Shown here: in pieces, positions 25,025 through 32,000 of the stretch | How the letters are laid out: every line of letters starts with the position of its first letter | How positions within the stretch are numbered: position 1 is the stretch's first letter | Origin: Isorropodon fossajaponicum endosymbiont JTNG4 | Lineage (GTDB): Bacteria > Pseudomonadota > Gammaproteobacteria > PS1 > Pseudothioglobaceae | Assembly (NCBI RefSeq): GCF_016592615.1 | Contig: NZ_AP013043.1 | Location: 720,001 to 752,000, forward strand | Direction of reading: 5' to 3' | DNA: 32,000 bases | Notes under the pieces: generated by a model | Told to the model about the DNA's origin: nothing | Database searches by the model: none | What the model saw: only the letters and a program-made list of their open reading frames with translations | Program-made: the position numbers and the translations under genes

Positions 25025-25896
25025 CTACTTGCAATAATGAATGCTTTAAAGCGTTTGGCAATGGGTGAGAGTTTATTATTATTGTGCACCACATGCCAGT
25101 GGCGAGTAATGGGGAATTTTTCAACATTAAGCTGCTTGATAACACCACTTTGTAATTCTAACTTAACCGTATGCTTAGAGACAAAACCAATACCTAGCCC
25201 TGCTTGAACTGCTTTAATGGTTGCTTCGTTAGAGTTAATTTCAATATTTGAATTAAATTGCATGCCTGTAATGCGCTCAATAGTAATACGTGTGCCTGAG
25301 CCTTGTTCACGGGTAATTAAAGTTTCACGCATAAGTGTTTTAATGGTGTTGTGATTATTAGCAAGTAATGGGTGTTTAGGATGTGCAATAGCGATGAGCG
25401 GATTTTCCATAAAGGGCTGTGTTATTAGTGGCATGTCTGATGGTGGTTCTCCCATGACCACTAAATCAGTTTCATTGTTACTTAGTTTTTCAAGTAGCAA
25501 TTTGCGATTGGTCACTTCTAGGTGAAAAGTCATTTTTGGATATTGTTGTTTAAATTTTGCCAAGACGTGGCTAATGAATGAGTTGGTTGTGGTGGCAACT
25601 ACAATTTGCAGATGTCCAGAGTCAGGATCTAGTGTTTGTTCAATATCAGATTTGGTTTGTTCTAGCTTGTTAATCACTTCTAAACAGGTTTGATATAGTT
25701 TATTTCCAATAAAAGTAGGATAAATGCTTTTGCCTTTAATATTAACCAAATCAGAACCAATATTTTTTTGCAGTTGTTGGATTTGCATATATACAGCAGG
25801 TTGTGTAATATTAAGCTCTTTGCTGGCTTTGGTAAAACTGGATAGACGTATTACCGCTTCAAAGCTGTATAGTTGTTTTAATGTATAGTTAATCAT
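25021..25896 (-). CDS. cbbR: LysR-family transcriptional regulator, probable RuBisCO operon regulator
   Basis: 291 aa with an N-terminal HTH (FTKASKELNITQPAVYMQIQQLQ). It is divergently transcribed from cbbM across a 122-bp intergenic region. Confidence 0.8.
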   Translation of the reverse strand: MINYTLKQLYSFEAVIRLSSFTKASKELNITQPAVYMQIQQLQKNIGSDLVNIKGKSIYPTFIGNKLYQTCLEVINKLEQTKSDIEQTLDPDSGHLQIVVATTTNSFISHVLAKFKQQYPKMTFHLEVTNRKLLLEKLSNNETDLVVMGEPPSDMPLITQPFMENPLIAIAHPKHPLLANNHNTIKTLMRETLITREQGSGTRITIERITGMQFNSNIEINSNEATIKAVQAGLGIGFVSKHTVKLELQSGVIKQLNVEKFPITRHWHVVHNNNKLSPIAKRFKAFIIASS

Positions 25897-25928
25897 TTTG
25901 ATGAGATTTATTTGTTAGAAAAATCATA

Positions 25929-25948
25929 AGTAAATATTATTATTTACT
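25929..25948. promoter_or_regulatory. Candidate LysR (CbbR) operator palindrome
   Basis: AGTAAAT-attatt-ATTTACT is a perfect 7-bp inverted repeat in the cbbR-cbbM intergenic region, consistent with the T-N11-A LysR-box architecture. Confidence 0.5.
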
Positions 25949-26018
25949 AAAAAATATTATTTTACATTATTTAAATGTTCTTGTATCATGGGTATTTTTT
26001 AATAAACAGGAGTCCACA

Positions 26019-27401
26019 ATGGATCAATCCAATAGATACGCCGATTTGTCATTAGACGAAGAAACGTTAATTAAAGAAGGTAATCATTTCCTTGTTGCCT
26101 ATACTATGACACCAATGCCTGGCTTTGGTGGTTATTTAGAAACAGCAGCTCATTTTGCTGCTGAAAGTTCAACAGGTACCAATGTGGAAGTATCAACTAC
26201 TGATGATTTCACTAAAGACTTAGATGCGATGGTGTATGAAATTGATGAAGCTAAAGGCATCATGAAAATTGCATATCCTAACAACTTATTTGACCGCAAC
26301 TTAATTGATGGTCGTGCTATGGTTGTGTCATTACTTACTCTGATTATTGGTAATAACCAAGGCATGGGTGATGTTCAATGTGCTCAAATCCAAGATTTCT
26401 GGATTTCAAGAAAATTCTTAGAAATTTTTGACGGTCCTTCTATGGACATCACTGATTTATGGAGCATCTTAGGTCGTCCTAGAACTGATGGTGGTTATAT
26501 TGCAGGAACAATTATTAAACCTAAGTTAGGTCTTCGTCCAAAGCCTTTTGCTGAAGCGGCATACCAGTTCTGGCTGGGTGGTGATTTTATTAAGAATGAC
26601 GAACCTCAAGGTAATCAAGTTTATGCTCGCATGAAAGATGTAACGCCTTTAGTTGCTGACTCTATGAGACGTGCGCAAGATGAAACTGGCGAAGCTAAAA
26701 TTTTCTCTGCTAACATTACCGCTGATGATCATCATGAAATGTGTGCTCGTGCTGATTACATCTTAGAAACTTTTGCTGAAAATGCGCATCATGTAGCTTT
26801 CTTAGTTGATGGTTATGTTGGTGGCTGTGGTATGATTACTACTGCACGTCGTAACTACCCTAATCAATACTTGCATTATCATAGAGCAGGTCATGGCGCG
26901 ATTACTTCTCCAAGTTCTGTGCGTGGTTATACTGCTTTTGTTTTGGGTAAACTTTCTCGCCTAATGGGTGCGTCCGGTATCCATGTAGGTACAATGGGAT
27001 TTGGTAAGATGGAAGGTGGTGCTGATGATAGACATATTTGTTACATGTTAGAACGTGACAGTGCTGATGGTCCTTTTTTCCATCAAGAGTGGTTTGGCAT
27101 GAAACCTACTACTTCAATTATTTCTGGTGGTATGAATGCACTACGCCTTCCTGGTTTCTTTGAAAATTTAGGTCATGGTAATGTTATTAACACGTCTGGT
27201 GGTGGTTCTTATGGCCATATCGATTCTCCTGCAGCGGGTGCTAAGTCACTGCGTCAAGCCTATGAATGTTGGATGGCGAAAGCAGATCCAATTGAGTTTG
27301 CTAAAGACCATAACGAATTTGCTCGTGCATTTGAGTCATTCCCGGGCGATGCTGATTCTCTATATCCTGGTTGGAGAGACAAGCTAGGCGTTCACAAGTA
27401 A
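26019..27401 (+). CDS. cbbM: Ribulose-1,5-bisphosphate carboxylase/oxygenase, form II
   Basis: 460 aa with no small-subunit gene. It has form II hallmarks ([14 protein letters not shown] with the carbamylated Lys, [17 protein letters not shown]). An SD (CAGGAG) precedes the ATG. Confidence 0.97.
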   Translation: MDQSNRYADLSLDEETLIKEGNHFLVAYTMTPMPGFGGYLETAAHFAAESSTGTNVEVSTTDDFTKDLDAMVYEIDEAKGIMKIAYPNNLFDRNLIDGRAMVVSLLTLIIGNNQGMGDVQCAQIQDFWISRKFLEIFDGPSMDITDLWSILGRPRTDGGYIAGTIIKPKLGLRPKPFAEAAYQFWLGGDFIKNDEPQGNQVYARMKDVTPLVADSMRRAQDETGEAKIFSANITADDHHEMCARADYILETFAENAHHVAFLVDGYVGGCGMITTARRNYPNQYLHYHRAGHGAITSPSSVRGYTAFVLGKLSRLMGASGIHVGTMGFGKMEGGADDRHICYMLERDSADGPFFHQEWFGMKPTTSIISGGMNALRLPGFFENLGHGNVINTSGGGSYGHIDSPAAGAKSLRQAYECWMAKADPIEFAKDHNEFARAFESFPGDADSLYPGWRDKLGVHK

Positions 27402-27428
27402 AACTTGTAGTAAGTAGTTCATAAAAAG

Positions 27429-27453
27429 CCTCTGCCACATGCAGGGGTTTTTT
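27429..27453 (+). terminator. Intra-operon hairpin/terminator between cbbM and cbbQ
   Basis: CCTCTGC-cacat-GCAGGGG forms a stem with one G-U pair, followed by TTTTTT. Confidence 0.6.
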
Positions 27454-27498
27454 ATATAAAGTATTAAAATATAAACATTATAAATTTAGGATAGGACC

Positions 27499-28308
27499 AT
27501 GTCAGATTTCGATATCAACCAATTTAAAATTAAATTAGAGCCTTTTTATGAAGCTCAGTCAAACGAAGTAGAACTATACACTACAGCATATAATGCAAAA
27601 TTACCAGTGATGGTCAAAGGGCCAACAGGTTGTGGTAAATCTCGTTTTATTGAACACATGGCTTATAAGCTAGACAAGCCTATTATTACCGTATCTTGCA
27701 ATGAAGATATTACTGCTTCGGACTTGATTGGTCGTTTTTTACTAGATGCTAATGGTACTCGTTGGGTAGATGGTCCATTAACACTAGCAGCACGTCATGG
27801 TGCAATTTGTTATTTGGATGAAATTGTAGAAGCACGCCAAGATACAATGGTGGTTATCCATTCCCTGACTGACCATAGACGCGAACTAATGTTAGATAAA
27901 AAAGGTGAACTTGTCAAAGCACACCCAGACTTTCAATTGGTGATTTCATATAACCCAGGTTATCAATCATTAATGAAGGATCTTAAGCAATCAACTAAGC
28001 AGCGCTTCACTGGTATGGATTTTGATTATGCTAATGCTGAATTAGAAGCCAGTATTGTTGTTAAAGAATCAGGTGTTGATGCTAATATTGCAACTAAATT
28101 AGTCAAACTTGCTCATGCGACTCGTAATTTGGTTGGTCACGGGCTTGATGAAGGCGCATCAACACGACTGCTTAATTATGCAGGTACATTAATTGCCTCA
28201 GGTGTTGGCGTGAAAGATGCTTGTAACATGGCACTGGTATGCCCAATTACTGATGATGCAGAAATTCGCACCACCATGAGTGGTGCAATTGACGCAATTT
28301 TTGACTAA
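27499..28308 (+). CDS. cbbQ: RuBisCO activase subunit CbbQ (MoxR-type AAA+ ATPase)
   Basis: 269 aa with Walker A GPTGCGKS and Walker B CYLDEIVEA. It lies immediately downstream of cbbM and upstream of cbbO. Confidence 0.95.
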   Translation: MSDFDINQFKIKLEPFYEAQSNEVELYTTAYNAKLPVMVKGPTGCGKSRFIEHMAYKLDKPIITVSCNEDITASDLIGRFLLDANGTRWVDGPLTLAARHGAICYLDEIVEARQDTMVVIHSLTDHRRELMLDKKGELVKAHPDFQLVISYNPGYQSLMKDLKQSTKQRFTGMDFDYANAELEASIVVKESGVDANIATKLVKLAHATRNLVGHGLDEGASTRLLNYAGTLIASGVGVKDACNMALVCPITDDAEIRTTMSGAIDAIFD

Positions 28309-28323
28309 AAGTTATTTAATAGT

Positions 28324-30570
28324 ATGACTGAAGTAAGTCAGTATCAACCCTTAAATTGTACTTTTAATACGGTTCAAAGAGTATTTTCTGCAAATATTGA
28401 GCAAGCCACTCAAAAACTCTCAGAACAAAGTTTAATTGAGTATTACAATGGTGCTGAATTTTTAGCAAAAATTGGGCAGGGTGATGCCTTATCTATTGCT
28501 TTTTTAAAAACCATGCCTTGGGTAGGTGAATTTTATGGCGATGGCAGTATTCAAAAAATTGTAGATTTTGCCTATCAAAAAATATCTAGAACACCCAACA
28601 AAGGAGCAGTCGAGCCATTCTTAAATAGCTTTATTGATGTTGTTGGGCATACAAACAATAATCAACTTGATGAGTACCTGAATTTAATTGAATACCATTT
28701 AAGTAAAACTACATTTTCAGTGCACGGTATTCATGATACGCACGCCTCCCCATCATTAATAGCCATGCTTGCCAATATGCATTTGTTGTTGGAGCAATTA
28801 GAATTTGAAGGTATTTATGAGTGGATTAACTACGGTTTAAGATATTTCCAAGACCACCCTGAGCGGCAAGAGGAGTACTTTTCATTATCAAGTGCGGATT
28901 CAAAAGCTGTATTTCAACGTCAAAGAAAGGGTTTGCTGTTTAGTGATATTGAGCGAGAAATTAATTTGTTTCAGCGTGCACTTTGGAAAACGGACTTCAT
29001 GTACGCGCCATACTCTCCAAATTTTGAAAAGTTAGAACATTTTCATCCTTATTTAGAAGACAAGGTTATTCGTTTGCCTGATATTTATGAGCCATTAAAC
29101 GGCGTTAATGCTTGTAAGCGTTATATGGCTTTAGTGGCACATCTGATTGTACATCATCAGTTTACCACCAAGATTGTGGCTGATAATGTCTCACCACAGC
29201 AGCGATTTTTTACTGAGATTTTTGAAGATGCTCGGGTCGAGTATTTGGCCATTCAAACCTATCCTGGTTTGAAAAATTTATGGTTAAGCCTAATGCCAAT
29301 CGTTGATGAATTTGACTGTGACGATAAGCATCAATCTTGCTTAAGACACCGCGCCATTATGCTTACACGTGCACTGCTTGATGATAACCACCCTTATAAA
29401 AATCAAATTATCCTAGATTACGTTGAAAAATTTAAAGCGTTAATGAGCGCAGGGGCAACAAGCACATCAGACAGTTTAAGCTTTGGTTTAGGGTATTTAA
29501 TTAAAACAAAAAGTGCTTCAGATGCATTGGCCAGTATTTATTTTGAAAATACCGAGGTGACTTATCGAGATGATAATCGTTCAATGTGGTTGTTTATCGA
29601 AGACTTTGATGAAGAGGATAATATTTTTGAACATCAGAAAAAATCTGAAGAAGAAAATGAGGAAGACATTGAAGTAATACCGCCACATTATTATGACGAA
29701 TGGGATTATACTTATAAGTCTTATAAGCCTGACTGGGTAGCTGTGTATGAGCGACTACATTCACATACTAATGCTTTAAAAATTGAGCAAATTTTAGACA
29801 AACATTCAGTTTTGGTTAAGCAGCTTAAAAAAGTACTAGACCTGCTTAAACCACAAAATAAAAAACGCCTACGCTATCAAGAAGAGGGTGCTGAGTTAGA
29901 TCTTGATATTGCATTGCGCAGTGTAATTGATATTAAAAATGGCTCTCAACCTGATACCAGAATAAATGTTGATTTTGAGCACGATTCTCGCAGTGTATCC
30001 GTGTTATTGTTGTTAGATTTATCAGAGTCGTTAAATGAAGTTGTGGGGCAATCTGGACAAACTATTTTAGAACTCTCACAAGAGGCGGTGTCTTTGTTGG
30101 CTTGGGCAGTGGAGCAGTTGGGTGATAACTTTGCCATTGCTGGTTTTAATTCTGACACTCGGCAAAAGGTTATGTATTATCATATTAAAGGCTATAGCGA
30201 GCATTGGGATGATGCGGTTAAAGCGCGTTTGGCTGATTTGAAGGCCGAATTTTCTACCAGAATGGGTGCTGCTATTCGCCACGGCGCACATTACTTAGAT
30301 TTACAGCAAAGCGATAAAAAATTAATGTTGATTTTGACCGATGGAGAACCTGCTGATATTGATGTTCATGATCCAAAAACCCTAATTCAAGATACACACA
30401 AAGCTGTGCAAGAAGCCCAACAAAAAGGCATGTACCCTTATTGTATTAGTTTGGATAAAAAAGCAGATGAATATATAGCTGATATTTTTGGCTCGCATTA
30501 TTCGGTGATTGACCGCATTGAGTCTTTGCCTCAAGAGTTGCCAAAATTATTTTTATCATTGACTAAATAA
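28324..30570 (+). CDS. cbbO: RuBisCO activase adaptor CbbO (von Willebrand factor A domain protein)
   Basis: 748 aa with a C-terminal VWA domain carrying the MIDAS motif LLLLDLSES and LILTDGEPAD. Conserved partner position after cbbQ. Confidence 0.9.
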   Translation: MTEVSQYQPLNCTFNTVQRVFSANIEQATQKLSEQSLIEYYNGAEFLAKIGQGDALSIAFLKTMPWVGEFYGDGSIQKIVDFAYQKISRTPNKGAVEPFLNSFIDVVGHTNNNQLDEYLNLIEYHLSKTTFSVHGIHDTHASPSLIAMLANMHLLLEQLEFEGIYEWINYGLRYFQDHPERQEEYFSLSSADSKAVFQRQRKGLLFSDIEREINLFQRALWKTDFMYAPYSPNFEKLEHFHPYLEDKVIRLPDIYEPLNGVNACKRYMALVAHLIVHHQFTTKIVADNVSPQQRFFTEIFEDARVEYLAIQTYPGLKNLWLSLMPIVDEFDCDDKHQSCLRHRAIMLTRALLDDNHPYKNQIILDYVEKFKALMSAGATSTSDSLSFGLGYLIKTKSASDALASIYFENTEVTYRDDNRSMWLFIEDFDEEDNIFEHQKKSEEENEEDIEVIPPHYYDEWDYTYKSYKPDWVAVYERLHSHTNALKIEQILDKHSVLVKQLKKVLDLLKPQNKKRLRYQEEGAELDLDIALRSVIDIKNGSQPDTRINVDFEHDSRSVSVLLLLDLSESLNEVVGQSGQTILELSQEAVSLLAWAVEQLGDNFAIAGFNSDTRQKVMYYHIKGYSEHWDDAVKARLADLKAEFSTRMGAAIRHGAHYLDLQQSDKKLMLILTDGEPADIDVHDPKTLIQDTHKAVQEAQQKGMYPYCISLDKKADEYIADIFGSHYSVIDRIESLPQELPKLFLSLTK

Positions 30571-30776
30571 TGTTCATTAATACGGTTACTGTTAATATTG
30601 ATTATCAAGGTCAGCATTATGCATTAAAAGATGTGATAGATATTGAGCATATTATTTACCATGAGGATTTTTACCATTGCATTTATTTACCCATTGCACG
30701 ATCCAACAATATTGATTTATACTCTTATCAATTAGAAATAATGAATGATGGATCAAGCTATTGTTTTTTCCAATGA
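30570..30776 (+). CDS. Hypothetical 68-aa protein, translationally coupled to cbbO
   Basis: Its ATG overlaps the cbbO stop (TAATG). No recognisable motif. It may form one gene of about 135 aa with the next ORF if a frameshift near 30741-30750 is corrected. Confidence 0.3.
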   Translation: MFINTVTVNIDYQGQHYALKDVIDIEHIIYHEDFYHCIYLPIARSNNIDLYSYQLEIMNDGSSYCFFQ

Positions 30777-30969
30777 AAAAGGATGTATTCAAGGATGTGT
30801 TAGTCAAGGTGTTTTGGATTTAGTATTGTTAAAAGAAGTGCATCAAAAGGTAGAATGTTTACCAGCCGTTGAGCATATTATCCAGCAGTATATTCCCAAA
30901 CTAGAGCGTAGTGATAACATTACTAAGGCGTTGGTAGATACCTATATTTTAGGAAAAAGTAGCAGTTAG
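30745..30969 (+). CDS. Hypothetical 74-aa protein overlapping the previous ORF by 32 nt
   Basis: The ORF is in the +1 frame relative to 30570-30776, with a stop immediately upstream of its ATG. There is no clear SD and no recognisable family. Confidence 0.3.
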   Translation: MMDQAIVFSNEKGCIQGCVSQGVLDLVLLKEVHQKVECLPAVEHIIQQYIPKLERSDNITKALVDTYILGKSSS

Positions 30970-30971
30970 TT

Positions 30972-31502
30972 CTATTCAAACTCTTGTTCTACAAAATCCA
31001 AGTCAATTTGAATATTGGAATTATCAAGCAGTTCTAAACACTTTGGTACTGCCAAAAACACTGCACCTAAACAAACTGCAATTGCAGCTGGTTTACCTGG
31101 TAAATTGATAATTAAACTACTGCCACGTGTACCTGCAGTTTGACGCGAAAGAATAGCAACTGGAACAGTCCTTAAGCTAACAGTACGCATTTGCTCGGCA
31201 AAACCATCAAAAATACGCTCACACACAGCATGTGTAGCTTCGGGAGTAACATCGCGAGTGGTGGGTCCAGTGCCGCCAGTAGTGAGAATAAGGTTGCAGT
31301 TTTTATCGTCTGCAAAATCTATCATAGTCTGCTCAATTAAAGTCTGCTCATCTTCAATAATGATGGACTCAACTTCGTAAGGTGACAATATCGCCTGTTG
31401 AATCCAAGTTTGCATAGTAGGTCCGCCAATGTCCTGATATTCACCACGAGCAGCGCGGTCTGAAATAGTAATAAATCCAACTTTAATTTTTGTTTTGTTC
31501 AT
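30972..31502 (-). CDS. mog: Molybdopterin adenylyltransferase (MogA/MoaB family)
   Basis: MNKTKIKVGFITISDRAARGEYQDIGGP...LILTTGGTGPTTRDVTPEAT...LPGKPAA are typical MogA motifs. The start was taken at the ATG at 31502, because the ORF-track start at 31553 is a TTG that adds a hydrophobic extension. Confidence 0.85.
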   Translation of the reverse strand: MNKTKIKVGFITISDRAARGEYQDIGGPTMQTWIQQAILSPYEVESIIIEDEQTLIEQTMIDFADDKNCNLILTTGGTGPTTRDVTPEATHAVCERIFDGFAEQMRTVSLRTVPVAILSRQTAGTRGSSLIINLPGKPAAIAVCLGAVFLAVPKCLELLDNSNIQIDLDFVEQEFE

Positions 31503-32000
31503 TGTGATAGCATTGATTATGTTGAAAATTATAACACTGATTATTAGTGCCAAAATGGCAATATTTACATAATTTTTCTTTATTAGTAATGGTAATAGTA
31601 TTTTTTGTAATACCGATACTTTGATGGGGCAGGTGTTTTAGATTGCGTGAGAATGCTTCTCTGCTCATACCCAAATAAGAAGAAATAAGAGACTTGTTAT
31701 AAGGTAATTGAATGGTATTAGATTGCCATTTTTTGTTCGATGTTTTTATGTTTAATAGATTGAAGATTTTGCAAAGCAGTATTGGTTTTTTGTGCGCTCA
31801 TAACAATGAGGTTATGTGCAAATTTGGAGGATTGTTCCAGTGCATGGTTGAGCACATTAATTGGAATAGACAACATCAATGTGTCGGTAATAGTTTTGGC
31901 ATTTGCATCAAAAACTTGATGCGTAAACAGACAATGCTCTAACACAGTTTCATTATTACTAATAATTTGTAAAATTTCATTTTGGTTATTGCTTTGTTTA
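31483..32000 (-). pseudogene. Crp/Fnr-family transcriptional regulator, frameshifted; N-terminus outside the window
   Basis: The upstream frame is open to the window edge (...KQSNNQNEILQIISNNETVLEHCLFTHQVFDANAKTI...SIKHKNIEQKMAI*). The C-terminal HTH lies in another frame (WQSNTIQLPYNKSLISSYLGMSREAFSRNLKHL...). The junction sits at a 6-nt homopolymer (31729-31734). Confidence 0.6.

Noticed and set aside
6140-25030. Identical ATTGTTTTAA at both convergent gene junctions (ispA/fabH and TauE/cbbR), considered as a possible shared element
   Set aside because: It is explained by both plus-strand proteins ending in Leu-Phe-stop. Similarity does not extend beyond 10 nt.
1-32000. Search by eye for CRISPR arrays, tRNA/rRNA genes, prophage or defence-system genes
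   Set aside because: No regularly spaced repeats, no tRNA-like GC-rich cloverleaf segments, and no phage or defence-type ORFs were seen. A covariance-model scan (tRNAscan/Infernal) would be needed to be certain about small RNAs.

Overview
AT-rich, tightly packed gammaproteobacterial chromosome segment. The gene content resembles a SUP05-clade or bivalve-symbiont-type sulfur-oxidising autotroph: form II RuBisCO cbbM-cbbQ-cbbO with divergent cbbR, overlapping genes, decayed IS copies and several frameshifted genes. That attribution is inference only. Left to right the window holds: (1) the head of the dcw cluster on the minus strand (ftsI partial, ftsL, rsmH, mraZ), preceded by a small membrane ORF and an MraZ-type operator; (2) a decayed IS3-family element fused to the tail of an SDR gene; (3) xseB-ispA convergent with fabH-plsX-rpmF-yceD; (4) a 379-bp internally deleted copy of the same IS; (5) two tandem truncated bacterioferritin-like genes; (6) about 1.1 kb without convincing genes that starts with a strong Fur-box promoter; (7) a compact iron locus of frameshifted porin, imelysin, DUF1111 di-haem protein, imelysin-like protein, membrane fatty-acid-hydroxylase-family protein and Tat-lipoprotein multicopper oxidase, then fbpC, fbpA, fbpB with two near-consensus Fur boxes; (8) a 145-bp MITE with terminal inverted repeats and a 6-bp target duplication; (9) argJ, purU and a frameshifted TauE/SafE permease; (10) cbbR / cbbM-cbbQ-cbbO plus two small coupled ORFs; (11) mog and a frameshifted Crp/Fnr-type regulator running off the right edge. 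No rRNA, tRNA or CRISPR was seen. The best candidate for an undescribed system is the Fur-linked imelysin/DUF1111/hydroxylase/multicopper-oxidase operon joined to FbpCAB. All calls come from reading the sequence and from remembered family motifs. No database search was run.
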